Counted from the first letter of the stretch, positions 10,045 through 20,710 are shown. The stretch: 59,121 nucleotides of DNA from Euryarchaeota archaeon UBA346 (GCA_002496355.1 DAJP01000050.1:1810-60930), one strand, 5' to 3'. Numbers and translations: made by a program. Notes: generated by a model not told the origin, from the sequence alone.

Positions 10045-10878
10045 CTATTCTTCCAAATCGATGTGGTAGGTATTTTTTGGGTTTTCTACATGAATCACAT
10101 GTGCATGTTTTTCCGATAAAAGGTTTTCCTGCAGAAGATTTTTTGTCAGTTTCGGGACTGTTCTTGGAGCAAGGACCGCACCCGGTCGTCGTAAATCGTC
10201 TATGTAATCAGTCTCCATTAAAAATCGAGTTCCTTTCTGCAATGCAGCAACGATATTTTTTCGCGAGGAAAGCACTGAGGGCATCAGACCAAAATTCTCC
10301 TCAGGTGTGATAAGGGGTGGGGCGAAGTGTTTAACGATTCTTTCGGGGTTTAAACCAACTTTTCTGCCCATTTCAACAAATTCTTCGCACAGCTTTGGTG
10401 TCGTACTTTCTGTGTGCAACACGACCGGTACTCCAGCATCTTTTGCTTGTGCCATACCATAGGCCAACAAATCGTTTGAATCCTGTATGATTTGTTGATC
10501 GACAGGAAAATGTGGTCGTCCTATCTCACCAATAGCGATGCAGAGATGTTCCCTGCAGAGATTTGCTGCCTCATCCATTCCTTTTCTCATAATCGACAGA
10601 GCGGTCTGACGTCCGAATCTCTCTTGAAGCGGAAGAAGGTCCACCGGATAGGGGCCCACGACGACAAACACACCGATATCAAGAGTAGATCGAATCTCTT
10701 CTGCCATGTGGATCGTCTCTTGATAGCAGGTCTGATAGCTTTTTTCTTTCAAGACGGTCTCAGGCATGGGATACTGACAGAGGATGAAATGGGTACCACC
10801 TGCGGCTTTGAACTCTTTGACTGCCTCAAGAAATCTCCCGTCCCGTCGGAGATGAAGATGATTATCGAAACAGATCAT
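10045..10878 (-). CDS. TatD-related metal-dependent hydrolase (TIM-barrel amidohydrolase fold)
   Basis: N-terminal metal motif MICFDNHLHLRRDG plus a later HTES motif. Length of 277 aa is typical of archaeal TatD-like proteins. Confidence 0.65.
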   Translation of the reverse strand: MICFDNHLHLRRDGRFLEAVKEFKAAGGTHFILCQYPMPETVLKEKSYQTCYQETIHMAEEIRSTLDIGVFVVVGPYPVDLLPLQERFGRQTALSIMRKGMDEAANLCREHLCIAIGEIGRPHFPVDQQIIQDSNDLLAYGMAQAKDAGVPVVLHTESTTPKLCEEFVEMGRKVGLNPERIVKHFAPPLITPEENFGLMPSVLSSRKNIVAALQKGTRFLMETDYIDDLRRPGAVLAPRTVPKLTKNLLQENLLSEKHAHVIHVENPKNTYHIDLEE

Positions 10879-10943
10879 AGTCTCAGGTCCTATAAAAGAG
10901 AATAAAAAAGAAAGATATAAAGAGGTGGAGTGCGCGATATCAC

Positions 10944-11495
10944 CTATGTTTCCAGCTCAGCATCATTATGCGTGTTTTTCTTCCCAGCCACGATATCTAG
11001 GACGTCCTGCGCAAGGATCCAACCAAGATACCCCATGAAAAACGTGAAGAACCCCATGATGCTGTAGATGATTATGTTCTTTAATGGTTCGGTCCCGTCT
11101 TGAACCATGATGACAACTGTGCCAATGGCCAAGTAAACCAAAATGAGCAGCAGAATCCAGCGTAATGCGTTCATCGTACCATGAAAACTCAGAATAGGTT
11201 TAATGGTAAGTGCTTTTTTTTCTGCTGATTTTTTCACGTTTTTTCCTGGTGTCCTAGCCACTTTTTCGACAGTACATTGAAAAGTCGATGAAGCGAACTG
11301 TTTTACTTTTGCCTCATGCTTCTCTTGTTTCTGTATCGATTTATTCAGACGATATCGTTTATGGAACGGTGCTAGTGGAAGCACACGCAATGGTACTTTT
11401 CGTGTTTTAAGATTTCGCGAGAGACTTTTATTACTAATTTTTCTTATTGACACCGTTCTTCCTCCTAGTGAAGAATATTTTTTGAGTGATCCCAA
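10944..11495 (-). CDS. Hypothetical membrane protein (basic N-terminal half, two C-terminal TM helices)
   Basis: Long ORF with a K/R-rich N-terminus and hydrophobic segments WILLLILVYLAIGTVVIMV and IIIYSIMGFFTFFMGYLGWIL. No recognisable family. Confidence 0.45.
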   Translation of the reverse strand: MGSLKKYSSLGGRTVSIRKISNKSLSRNLKTRKVPLRVLPLAPFHKRYRLNKSIQKQEKHEAKVKQFASSTFQCTVEKVARTPGKNVKKSAEKKALTIKPILSFHGTMNALRWILLLILVYLAIGTVVIMVQDGTEPLKNIIIYSIMGFFTFFMGYLGWILAQDVLDIVAGKKNTHNDAELET

Positions 11496-11622
11496 AAAAG
11501 CAACAAATGGGACCTATAAAAGGCTGTTTTGTAGATACCTATGCATCTACAAGGCAGCTCGTTATCCCTTTACGGTGCAACCTTGTATGCACCTACATGT
11601 CCGACAAGATATCCTCAGGGTC

Positions 11623-12816
11623 TCAAATATCTGCGATGATGCTGATGATGTCCCCGTCTTTTAACTGATGGTCCGCACCGATAATGCGATGAGAGCGTGC
11701 ATCAATACCTCTGATAAAATGATCACCTAGGTCCGTATGAACCTTATATGCGAGGTCTTTTGCAGTGGATCCCCGGGGGATTAAGTGTGCATCGGGCAGG
11801 ACGCGACCTTCTTTGTCCGTGAGACGATGCTCATCCTGCACTGGGTACACAACGATCAGGTCAAGCATCCGGACTGCTTCATCGATACATTTCTGAACAC
11901 CGGTCGATCCGTATTTCTGAAGGACATGTTCTCGGATATATTCCAATGCCTTGATCTGTTTTTCAGAGAGTCCCTCTTTTTTAAGGATGGTGAAATCATT
12001 GCCGCCCGGTGTATAGGAGATGATTCCTTTCTCTGCTGCGTTACTTAATGCAAGTTCACTTTCCGCGCTGCAGGGGATGACGATGTATTTTGTCAGTTCT
12101 TTTCTTTTTTCCATGAGGTTCTCTGGTGCTTTATCGCTTTTGTTAAAGGCGATGATGATTGGTTTACTGATGGCACGAACGTAATCGGTGAGTTTGAAGA
12201 TCTGGTCGTCTTTCCAGTGTGATGGTTTGGAAATATCGAGGTTGATTTTTCGTATCGCTCCAGAGATATGCTCTTCGCGGATCCCCAGGCCGGTGAGCTG
12301 CTCTGTTAGCATCTTTTCTATTTTTTTGTTTTCAAGCTCGCATTTTCTTGCAATGATTTCCCAGCTTTTTTTGATGATACCAAATAACCAGTAGTTGATT
12401 TCTTTTTCAAGAAATTCGATGTCGAGGAGTGGGTCATGGGAGCCCAGTTCACAGGGGTTTCCTTCCGCATCCGTGCTTCCGGATGCATCGACGATGTGGA
12501 TTAGGGCGTGGGCTTGTCGCAGATCATCAAGGAATTTATTTCCCAGTCCTTTCCCTTTGTGGGCATCGGGGACGAGGCCTGCGACATCGATTGCTTCGAT
12601 GGGGACGAACCTGATTCCATCGATACATCGAGAATTATGTGGTGTGCAGGTGACATGGGCATCTTTGCAGGGACAGGGTTTGCGGATGTACATGACCCCC
12701 CGGTTTGCCTCGATGGTCGTAAATGGGTAGTTTGCAACCTCTGCATGGGCTTTTGTGGCAGCGTTGAAGAACGTGGATTTTCCGACGTTTGGTTTTCCAA
12801 CAATACCTAACTGCAT
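11623..12816 (-). CDS. ychF: YchF/OLA1-type P-loop GTPase/ATPase with C-terminal TGS domain
   Basis: G1 motif MQLGIVGKPNVGKSTFFNAAT and DVAGLVPDAHKGKGLGNKFLDDLR. C-terminal TGS-like LKDGDIISI. Confidence 0.85.
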   Translation of the reverse strand: MQLGIVGKPNVGKSTFFNAATKAHAEVANYPFTTIEANRGVMYIRKPCPCKDAHVTCTPHNSRCIDGIRFVPIEAIDVAGLVPDAHKGKGLGNKFLDDLRQAHALIHIVDASGSTDAEGNPCELGSHDPLLDIEFLEKEINYWLFGIIKKSWEIIARKCELENKKIEKMLTEQLTGLGIREEHISGAIRKINLDISKPSHWKDDQIFKLTDYVRAISKPIIIAFNKSDKAPENLMEKRKELTKYIVIPCSAESELALSNAAEKGIISYTPGGNDFTILKKEGLSEKQIKALEYIREHVLQKYGSTGVQKCIDEAVRMLDLIVVYPVQDEHRLTDKEGRVLPDAHLIPRGSTAKDLAYKVHTDLGDHFIRGIDARSHRIIGADHQLKDGDIISIIADI

Positions 12817-12821
12817 TGTTC

Positions 12822-13745
12822 CTACTCCAAGAGTTCTTTTACTTCATCGGCGACATCGACATCGTTTTCAAAGCGTTTAACCTTTTCAGTGGCTTGTTCT
12901 TTTAAGCTATCGACAAAGGACACGCCTTTTTTGGCATGGAATGTCCCCTGTATCGAGGCTGTTTTTGACAGGGAGATTTCCTCAGCGGAGATGTTCCCGA
13001 CGATGTCTGCTTGTTCTGTGATATTGACGATGCCAAGTGATGTGATGTTCCCATGGATTTTTACTTTTTTACCAACGTAGATGTTTCCGGTTGCTTTCAA
13101 GGTGCCGAAGATTTCTGATTTCTCTTCTATGGAGATGTTGCCTTGTACATCATAGTTGCCCAACAGTTTACATTCTTTGCCAACCTGGAGATTTCCTTCC
13201 ACTTTTGAGTTGGAGATGCTTATAATGGAGTTGTTTGGTAGGAAGAGGAACGATTCTGATATCGGGATGGTGTCCCCATCGTTTTGTTCGAGTTCCTCAA
13301 GGATGCGTTCGATTTCTTCGCTTCGTCCCATTTTCAACAACTGTAAAAGATATACAAAGATATATATCACCATGGGGACCGGGTTCCTGATATTAATCCA
13401 ACCCTTCGCCTCAAAACCCTTCTCAATCTCAACACTATCCCCAACATCCAGATCGCCTCGGAGAGATAACGCTCCTTTAATCTTTGTCTTCTCCCCAAGA
13501 TACACGTTCCCTCCGCTTTGGACATTCCCCCCAATTGAAGAAAAAATATCCACTCGGACATCCTGAGGAGAATTAAGATTCCCATCAATGATCGCATGTT
13601 CACCAACAAAAATCCGACCATCGGTATGAACACTAAAACGAACAAGGGAACGATCACCAATCACGACATCGCCCTTGGTCATTATTAAAGCTTCATCAAA
13701 CAAGGTCTTATCTGGAATAACCAGTGTTTTTCTATCGAAAGCCAT
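12822..13745 (-). CDS. Bactofilin-like (polymer-forming cytoskeletal, DUF583-type) protein with two beta-helical halves and a central hydrophobic helix
   Basis: Repetitive G-x-V/I pattern (VVIGDRSLVRF..., GNVQSGGNVYLGEKTKIKGALSLRGDLDVGDSVEIEKG, and again GNLQVGKECKLLGNYDVQGNISIEEKSEIFGTLKATGNIYVGKKVKIHGNI). Central segment NPVPMVIYIFVYLLQLLKM. Its stop lies 5 nt upstream of the ychF start. Confidence 0.55.
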   Translation of the reverse strand: MAFDRKTLVIPDKTLFDEALIMTKGDVVIGDRSLVRFSVHTDGRIFVGEHAIIDGNLNSPQDVRVDIFSSIGGNVQSGGNVYLGEKTKIKGALSLRGDLDVGDSVEIEKGFEAKGWINIRNPVPMVIYIFVYLLQLLKMGRSEEIERILEELEQNDGDTIPISESFLFLPNNSIISISNSKVEGNLQVGKECKLLGNYDVQGNISIEEKSEIFGTLKATGNIYVGKKVKIHGNITSLGIVNITEQADIVGNISAEEISLSKTASIQGTFHAKKGVSFVDSLKEQATEKVKRFENDVDVADEVKELLE

Positions 13746-13878
13746 TGTCCACAGATATGAACTAACGCATTATAAAACCAACGGCAGAGGTATTCTCCCC
13801 CAAAGAAAAAAATTGATATATGAAATGCGTATATGTCGGTGAATCTCAAACATGAACGTCTCATCATAGTCGTATTGA

Positions 13879-15921
13879 GTGGAAGTTTTAACCATGACAA
13901 CAAAACAAACAGATACACCATCAGAACAAAATGAACAGAACGTAGAGGAATTACCTCCAATAGATGTCTGGATTCAGAACATCAAATTCACGACTACCGA
14001 GGATATCAAAGTCCCAGAAAATCTCTTAGATCAGGTCATTGGACAAGATCAAACCGTCGCAATCGTCAAAAAAGCAGCAGAACAGAAACGGCACGTCATG
14101 CTTATCGGAGACCCAGGGACTGGAAAATCCATGGTCGCACGCGCTATGACCGAGTTTCTACCAAAAGGAGAACTCGAAGACATCATCGTCTACCCCAACA
14201 ACGAGGACACCAACACCCCAACCATCCGAGTCGTTCCCGCTGGAAAAGCACATGAAATCATACGAATGCAGCGAGAGGAAGCAAAGCGGAAAGCCGAACA
14301 ACAAAACAGCATGATCCTGGGAATCGTTTTATTGATCGTTACACTCTCCTTAATCGGGGCAATGGTCACCGGTCATCTCGAATACGCGATTTTTGGTGTC
14401 ATTGCCGCCGTCATGGTCTACCTCATTGTCGCACGAGGGGGATTCTCCCAGAGACGAGAACTCCAGATGATCCCAAAACTCTTAGTATCCCATGAGAAAA
14501 ACGACGTCCCACCATTCATTGATGCAACCGCTGCACATTCTGGAGCACTCCTTGGTGACGTACGACACGATCCGTTCCAATCAGCCGGACTGGAAACACC
14601 TCCCCACCAACTCGTTGAAGCAGGTGCTATTCACCGAGCACACAAGGGCGTATTGTACATCGATGAGATCAACACCTTAAGTTTACCGTCACAGCAGCAT
14701 TTACTCACCGCTATCCAGGAGAAAAAATTTCAGATTACCGGACAGTCCGAACGAAGCTTTGGTGCAATGGTAAAAACAGAACCAGCACCCTGCGACTTCA
14801 TCTTAGTCTCTGCAGGAAACCTCGATGCGTTAAACGGCATGCATCCCGCGTTACGCTCTCGTATCAGAGGATATGGATACGAAAGCTATCTTCTCAGCGT
14901 CATGGATGATACCCAGGCGAATCGAGAAAAACTCATCCGATTCGTTGCTCAGGAAGTAAAGAAAGATGGTAAAATACATCATTTCAACAAAGAAGCTGTC
15001 GCCGAAGTCATCCATGAGGCACAACGAAGAGCCGGACGAAAAGGAAAACTCTCCTTGCGATTACGAGAACTTGGTGGTTTGATCCGGGTTGCTGGAGATA
15101 TCGCTTATGAGAAAGGAGATAAAATCATCACACAACAGCATGTCATTGAAGCGAAACGTATCGCGCGATCATTAGAACAGCAAGTCTCAGACCGTGCATT
15201 AGAATCACAAAAGAGTTATCGATCCTTCAGAACCTTAGGTGAAGAAGTCGGCGTCGTCAATGGACTAGCGGTGCATTCTGCGGATCCATCGATGAGCGAG
15301 TTCTCTGGGTTAGTACTCCCAATAGTCGCGGAGGTAACACCTGCTGGGTCACAGTCCGAAGGAAAGGTAATTGCCACGGGAAAACTTGGGGATATCGCGA
15401 AAGAATCAGTTCAAAATATCTCTGCGATTATTAAAAAATATATGGGACGAGATATCTCGAAACATGATATCCACATCCAGTTCATCGGTACCTATGAAGG
15501 TGTCGAGGGCGACTCCGCAAGCATCTCGTTGATCACCGCAGTCATCTCCGCCATGGAGAACGTCCCGGTTCGACAGGATGTTGCAATGACCGGTTCGATA
15601 AGCATCAGAGGAACAGTGCTCCCCATCGGTGGAGTCACCGCAAAAATCGAGGCAGCTGCTGAGGCAGGGATGAAGACCGTAATCATTCCAAAAGCGAATC
15701 TCAATGATGTATTAATCGAAGATAAATACAAGAAAATCATCGAAATCATCCCTGTTGAGACCTTAACAGATGTTCTCCAAACCGCGCTCGTCGGTAACGG
15801 GAAAGAAGAGCTCTTACGAAAATTAAAAGAGATGCGCCCTCCAAAAATCATCGGCAAAGTCGAACTGGAATCTGAACGAAAGAAACCAACCTCTCTCCAT
15901 CCTGAAGAACCAAGAAAGTAA
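13879..15921 (+). CDS. lonB: Archaeal membrane-anchored Lon protease (LonB)
   Basis: Walker [14 protein letters not shown] two-helix TM insertion inside the AAA+ module ([18 protein letters not shown]..., [14 protein letters not shown]). C-terminal Lon protease domain with GDSASISL. The ATG at 13894 is the more likely start than the GTG at 13879. Confidence 0.92.
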   Translation: MEVLTMTTKQTDTPSEQNEQNVEELPPIDVWIQNIKFTTTEDIKVPENLLDQVIGQDQTVAIVKKAAEQKRHVMLIGDPGTGKSMVARAMTEFLPKGELEDIIVYPNNEDTNTPTIRVVPAGKAHEIIRMQREEAKRKAEQQNSMILGIVLLIVTLSLIGAMVTGHLEYAIFGVIAAVMVYLIVARGGFSQRRELQMIPKLLVSHEKNDVPPFIDATAAHSGALLGDVRHDPFQSAGLETPPHQLVEAGAIHRAHKGVLYIDEINTLSLPSQQHLLTAIQEKKFQITGQSERSFGAMVKTEPAPCDFILVSAGNLDALNGMHPALRSRIRGYGYESYLLSVMDDTQANREKLIRFVAQEVKKDGKIHHFNKEAVAEVIHEAQRRAGRKGKLSLRLRELGGLIRVAGDIAYEKGDKIITQQHVIEAKRIARSLEQQVSDRALESQKSYRSFRTLGEEVGVVNGLAVHSADPSMSEFSGLVLPIVAEVTPAGSQSEGKVIATGKLGDIAKESVQNISAIIKKYMGRDISKHDIHIQFIGTYEGVEGDSASISLITAVISAMENVPVRQDVAMTGSISIRGTVLPIGGVTAKIEAAAEAGMKTVIIPKANLNDVLIEDKYKKIIEIIPVETLTDVLQTALVGNGKEELLRKLKEMRPPKIIGKVELESERKKPTSLHPEEPRK

Positions 15922-15983
15922 ATATGTCATCCGTTCTTATCATTCAATAGAGAAAAAAATCGTAGGATAGAAGATTTCGTAGG

Positions 15984-16490
15984 TTGACTATGAAAGCGTT
16001 GTTTATTGGGCGTTTTCAACCCTTCCACATGGGCCATCTCTTATTGTTACAACGACTGTCGAAACAGTATGAAGAGATTATCATTGGCATCGGGTCTTCT
16101 CAATATCATGACACCGCGGATAATCCTTTTTCAGAGGCAGAACGATATCAGATGATCATACGTTCACTTACGGCTGATTATATCCAGAACTACCGCATTG
16201 TCTCCATCCCTGATATCCATAATCCTCCGAAATGGGTCGATCATGTCTGCTCCATCGTCTCTGATTTTGATGTGGTCATCTCGAACAATCCAGTGACCCG
16301 AACATTATTCTCAAAGAAAGGATTTATGGTGAAGGGAACAGCCTATTTTGATAGAAAACGATACTCTGGAAAGGAGATACGCAGGCGTATCCTTCAAGAT
16401 GAACCCTGGGGGGATTTGGTGCCTCCTGCGGTCTACGATTTTATTAACACCATCGAGGGAGTACCTCGTCTTAAAAGAATAGCACCATAA
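15984..16490 (+). CDS. nadM: Nicotinamide-nucleotide adenylyltransferase (archaeal NMNAT)
   Basis: MKALFIGRFQPFHMGHL (nucleotidyltransferase H-x-G-H motif) and an archaeal NMNAT size of about 166 aa. The likely start is the ATG at 15990. Confidence 0.85.
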   Translation: MTMKALFIGRFQPFHMGHLLLLQRLSKQYEEIIIGIGSSQYHDTADNPFSEAERYQMIIRSLTADYIQNYRIVSIPDIHNPPKWVDHVCSIVSDFDVVISNNPVTRTLFSKKGFMVKGTAYFDRKRYSGKEIRRRILQDEPWGDLVPPAVYDFINTIEGVPRLKRIAP

Positions 16491-16509
16491 TGTATTAAAA
16501 AAGGATTTT

Positions 16510-17478
16510 TTGATAAGAACCGTACAGATATATTTATATAAAATAACAGAGAACCGTATCAGTATGAGTGGTTCTGGTGAGGATATAGGATCTAAGATAG
16601 GTGTCTATCTGAAACTTCTACGACCATTTACCCTTCTCGCACCCCTGATTGTCTCCAGTAGCGTCATCATCGCAAGTCTGGTGGAATCTCATATCACAGA
16701 TCAAATTGGTATTTCCCTTCTTCTCACAATACTTACCGCAAGTTTTTGCTTCGCCTTACTCAATGGAGCATCCAATGTCTTAAATCAAGCAACAGACTGG
16801 AAAGAAGATGCCATATCAAAACCCTATCGACCGATACCAAATGGAATCGTCACCTCAAAGGAAGCATACCAGCTTTCCTGTATGCTCTATGTAGGAGCAT
16901 TCCTCCTGTCCTTCGCCGTCCATGCCCTCTTTAGTTTCTTCATCACCCTGATTGCTGTATTCTCCATTACCTATTCCCTCACACCACGCATGAAAAGATT
17001 CCTTTTTTTCAACCAGCTATGGGTCGCAATCCCAAGAGGATTCTTTGCCATTCTTGCTTCCTGGAGTGTGTTTGGAAACCCTTTTAAGCCACTCCCGTTA
17101 GCTATCGGGTGCGTTGCCGCTCTGTTTCTTTTCGGCGGAACCACCACAAAAGACATACTTGATGCAGAGGCAGATCGGGTTGTGGGAACAAAAACACTCG
17201 TCAACGTCTATGGTGTGAAAATAGCTGCTGTTCTCTCATTGATCTTCATGGTGAGCGCATTTTGTTTGATCATTCCCCTCGTATATCTTCAGGTTCTACC
17301 AACGGTTGTTTTTCCTCTCTCATTTCTAAGTTTCCTTAGCGTCATTATCGGATGGCTCATGATCCACAAACACAAAAATTCAAAATGGGAGAACACCTCA
17401 GCTTGGACCGTGATGTACGCAACTTATTTTCTTTTTGCATTCAGTTTTGCGATTATCACGATTTTTTCTTCTGCGTAA
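16510..17478 (+). CDS. UbiA-family prenyltransferase, ChlG/BchG- or DGGGPS-like, variant first motif NQxxDxxxD
   Basis: About 8-9 TM helices. Motif 1 is LNQATDWKEDAISKPYRPIPNG and motif 2 is KDILDAEADRVVGTKTL. The probable start is the ATG at 16564 (MSGSGEDIG...). It is a paralogue of 20784..21800. Confidence 0.8.
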   Translation: MIRTVQIYLYKITENRISMSGSGEDIGSKIGVYLKLLRPFTLLAPLIVSSSVIIASLVESHITDQIGISLLLTILTASFCFALLNGASNVLNQATDWKEDAISKPYRPIPNGIVTSKEAYQLSCMLYVGAFLLSFAVHALFSFFITLIAVFSITYSLTPRMKRFLFFNQLWVAIPRGFFAILASWSVFGNPFKPLPLAIGCVAALFLFGGTTTKDILDAEADRVVGTKTLVNVYGVKIAAVLSLIFMVSAFCLIIPLVYLQVLPTVVFPLSFLSFLSVIIGWLMIHKHKNSKWENTSAWTVMYATYFLFAFSFAIITIFSSA

Positions 17479-20400
17479 TCCTCGTTTTCACATCCAAGAT
17501 GATCGCTACTGCTGCAACGATGACTGCGAGACAGACGGCATAGAATCCCGTACTAAAGCCCCAGTTCGAATGCAGGATGATCTCTTCGAAACCCATTGAT
17601 ACCGACAGCATCTCTTCCCCTTGGACCGAGCCAAGGCTTGTTTCGATTAATCGCGTCGTCCCAACGATAAAAGCAGCTAGCAGGATTCCCAGCAGAATCA
17701 CCCCGATGACACTGAACGCAAATCCATAATTTTTTTTCTTCGTCCTTCTCAAAATGATTCCTATCGTGATACTCGCACAAGCAAGGAACATGATCGGTAC
17801 TATCCAACCTAGAAACAGAAGGAACATATCAGGCATTTCCGCCAATGTCAAGGATACCTCCCCATAATAGGTTTTTGTCTCAATCATCATCCCTGGATTA
17901 ATGTACAACGAGGTAGTTTTTTCTGCAGGGAGCGTCGAACTAACTCCCGTAAATAACCACCAGGGTTGGAAGAACGATAAGATGACAAGGAGGATTGCCA
18001 GGGATTTCAATAACGAGGACACTGAAAATTTTCTTAGGATTGTCAGTATCACAAAAAATCCAAAAAGCATATAAAAAACCAATGATAGAAACAGCGGGAA
18101 TAATGATTCTATCATCGTCACAAACGTCAAATGCTTATCATTGAAGAGATCCACAGGTTTTACTCCAATGAGCTCATTGTCCAAATAAGCGTTGATTGAA
18201 TAATGCGCGGGTGGGAGCACAATGGTTTTTTCCTTTGTTCTTTCTATCGTTTGATTGTTTCGAAAGATGACAAATTCTACCTCGTCATTGACCAACGTGT
18301 TTCCCTTGGAATCAAAAAGATCAATAACGACATTAAAGCGAGCTGAAAACTTCATCTGAACAGCGTCCCCTGAATTGGGGATTGTCACATGGACATCATC
18401 AAGGAACTCACCAAAACTGATCTGCAGATGGTAATCACCAACTGGGACCCTTTCAAAGACAAAGGATCCTTTTCCATTATTTTTGGGTGTTATCTGAACC
18501 GTTGTATTTCCATTTGAAGTGACTAGAATGGGTGTCAACTCGATTCCTGGTGGAAGATAAAGAGCATCCGTTATGACTACCGGAAGGTCATAAAGACCCA
18601 AAGTAATCTCCTTACTTAATTTTTTTATTGTTTTTTGTAGTTGCTGATCGTAGATAATCATATCCTTGTACTCTGCTTTCAGGACATAGGGGTCCTGTGG
18701 ATCGAACGGGGCTTTGACAACTAATTCTCCGTTCCCCTGTGTGATATTTTCATCGTACAGCACCCCGTTTTTATTCATCAGCCAACCATGGATCCCTGCT
18801 ATCCCCACTCCATTTTGATCAAGAAATGAATATTTTATAGTCCGCTCCCAAGTGCAGAAAACATTTATTCGTTTGTCTTTGTTCAAATGAAGAACGTTTG
18901 ACCCGGTGAAAATCTTCCTATTGCCCCATTTAAAGAATATTTTAACAAGATAGTCGCCCTCCAGGACATCAGTAAAGGTTTTTTTCGCTCGTATGAACAG
19001 CGATCGATTGGCTGCCCCGTCAAAGATGACGCGACCATTTTGATCAAGCTCAATCCACATCACCGGAAAGACATTACCAACCAGGTTCGACAACCAAGGA
19101 TGAGCGAGATGTGTTCTCCCTAAACGAGCGATGATGGTGACATTATATCGTTTGAGTTCTCTTTCAAAGGGGATGTCACCAGAGTAACTGCGAGATTTCT
19201 GTAACTCCTTATAAAAATATGATTCCTGTTGCACGCTTTCATATCCGCCGGTTTCAGATGCAAAGACTTCTGCATCGAATTGGACAATAAGATCTGAAGG
19301 GATAGTGACATCATGACTATGCCCAGGTTGAAACGAATGTCTCCCAAAATTAATGGAGACGTAATCTACCTCAGTTCCCAGGAAGTTGACATACTCCTTT
19401 TCCGCGACTTTTAATTGGGTGCCGTCCTGTTCATCGGTTCCTGAGATTACAAGACCTTTCTCCGATGCAAAGAGAACCGCATTAGCAAATCCCTTTTTCC
19501 CATCTCCATAGCACAACCATGCTTCGGATCCTAGCGTTGCATCGTTCTGATAGGAGATGACCCATTCTCGTTCTTTCGTGGAAGGATTTTGGTTCAATTG
19601 GTATTGTTCGATCTTCTCTTTGTCGCTGTAAAAGTTCAGATAAGGATAGATTTTCCCAAAGTTTAGGGAATCCACTGCAGCACTTCGTGATTTAAACGAA
19701 ATCAGGGAACCAAATCTTCCATCGACATTATCAATACCCTGTACGGTAGCATCTTTTAACATCTCATGTTTCACATGAACATTAAGACGTTTTTCTTCAG
19801 TTGGACAATAATAGTATCGATAAATCACAGTGGTCTGGACATCCTTCAATTTTGACTCACTAAATATCCCGAATTCCACCATTAGATTCCCATCAATGAA
19901 CACTTTTTTATCAATGAACACCTGATCGGAGGAACTCTCATCTTTCTCTTTGTCCCCATAATAATAGGAAAACGCAAAAGAAACGATTTGATCAGAGTCA
20001 ATGATATCAAACTCCTTACACTCTTTCTTCTGCTTCACAACCACCTGAGCACAGGAACGGTCCAAGAGTGTTCCTTCTTGTCCAACTCCGTAGACACAGT
20101 ATCCGTCTTCTTCTATGCCATAGAATTTTGCGACGGCAGATATCTCAGGTAACGGTGAGGAGGTATAGTTCAAATCCTCGATAATCACATGGTCCTTGTA
20201 ATTTGGTTGTATCGTTTCTGCATCATCGTAGTAGATGAAATACTGTTCAGTTCCATCTGCAAAATCAGGGATTAAAAAAATGACGGTGCATTCACTGATA
20301 TAACCTGTTTCTCCCGGTGTCTTTTCAAGAGAATAAATCTGGGATTCCAAATCATGCCAATGGTCCTGATGCCAGCAGGACACCCGTATGGATGTCTGAT

Positions 20401-20710
20401 TTACATCCTCTGTCCAACAAGGGTGTTCGAACCGGAAACGCAGGTCAATTGGTTGATAATGGGAAAGAAAATCATTTGTTTGAATCGGAAGAGATATCTC
20501 CTGTCGATACGCCCATTCTTTATACCCCGGGTCCCAAGAAGGAGCTCCCTCATCTTGAGCGGAGCCTGACAAACCTATCGCTGGTAGAATCAACAGAAGA
20601 AGTATTCCAACTATGATGATATTGGACCTTCGCATAGGTCTCCTTTCTTTATATTTATTTAAACGTTCTATATAAAATAGTTGTTTTATACGTATAAGAA
20701 CCTTTTTCAT
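17456..20710 (-). CDS. Large membrane protein: N-terminal signal/anchor, ~800-aa extracytoplasmic region, polytopic C-terminus
   Basis: The probable start is the ATG at 20635 (MRRSNIIIVGILLLLILPAIGLSG). The segment after the anchor (EWAYRQEISLPIQTNDFLSHYQPIDLRFRF) resembles a DUF2341-type domain. There are about 5-6 hydrophobic helices in the last 250 aa. No catalytic motif recognised. Confidence 0.7.
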   Translation of the reverse strand: MKKVLIRIKQLFYIERLNKYKERRPMRRSNIIIVGILLLLILPAIGLSGSAQDEGAPSWDPGYKEWAYRQEISLPIQTNDFLSHYQPIDLRFRFEHPCWTEDVNQTSIRVSCWHQDHWHDLESQIYSLEKTPGETGYISECTVIFLIPDFADGTEQYFIYYDDAETIQPNYKDHVIIEDLNYTSSPLPEISAVAKFYGIEEDGYCVYGVGQEGTLLDRSCAQVVVKQKKECKEFDIIDSDQIVSFAFSYYYGDKEKDESSSDQVFIDKKVFIDGNLMVEFGIFSESKLKDVQTTVIYRYYYCPTEEKRLNVHVKHEMLKDATVQGIDNVDGRFGSLISFKSRSAAVDSLNFGKIYPYLNFYSDKEKIEQYQLNQNPSTKEREWVISYQNDATLGSEAWLCYGDGKKGFANAVLFASEKGLVISGTDEQDGTQLKVAEKEYVNFLGTEVDYVSINFGRHSFQPGHSHDVTIPSDLIVQFDAEVFASETGGYESVQQESYFYKELQKSRSYSGDIPFERELKRYNVTIIARLGRTHLAHPWLSNLVGNVFPVMWIELDQNGRVIFDGAANRSLFIRAKKTFTDVLEGDYLVKIFFKWGNRKIFTGSNVLHLNKDKRINVFCTWERTIKYSFLDQNGVGIAGIHGWLMNKNGVLYDENITQGNGELVVKAPFDPQDPYVLKAEYKDMIIYDQQLQKTIKKLSKEITLGLYDLPVVITDALYLPPGIELTPILVTSNGNTTVQITPKNNGKGSFVFERVPVGDYHLQISFGEFLDDVHVTIPNSGDAVQMKFSARFNVVIDLFDSKGNTLVNDEVEFVIFRNNQTIERTKEKTIVLPPAHYSINAYLDNELIGVKPVDLFNDKHLTFVTMIESLFPLFLSLVFYMLFGFFVILTILRKFSVSSLLKSLAILLVILSFFQPWWLFTGVSSTLPAEKTTSLYINPGMMIETKTYYGEVSLTLAEMPDMFLLFLGWIVPIMFLACASITIGIILRRTKKKNYGFAFSVIGVILLGILLAAFIVGTTRLIETSLGSVQGEEMLSVSMGFEEIILHSNWGFSTGFYAVCLAVIVAAVAIILDVKTRITQKKKS

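Noticed and set aside
12395-12810. Cluster of antisense and alternative-frame ORFs (111, 61, 100 and 100 aa) over the 5' part of ychF
   Set aside because: The cause is the same compositional effect. The sequences are R/S/G-rich nonsense, while the ychF frame carries clear P-loop GTPase motifs.
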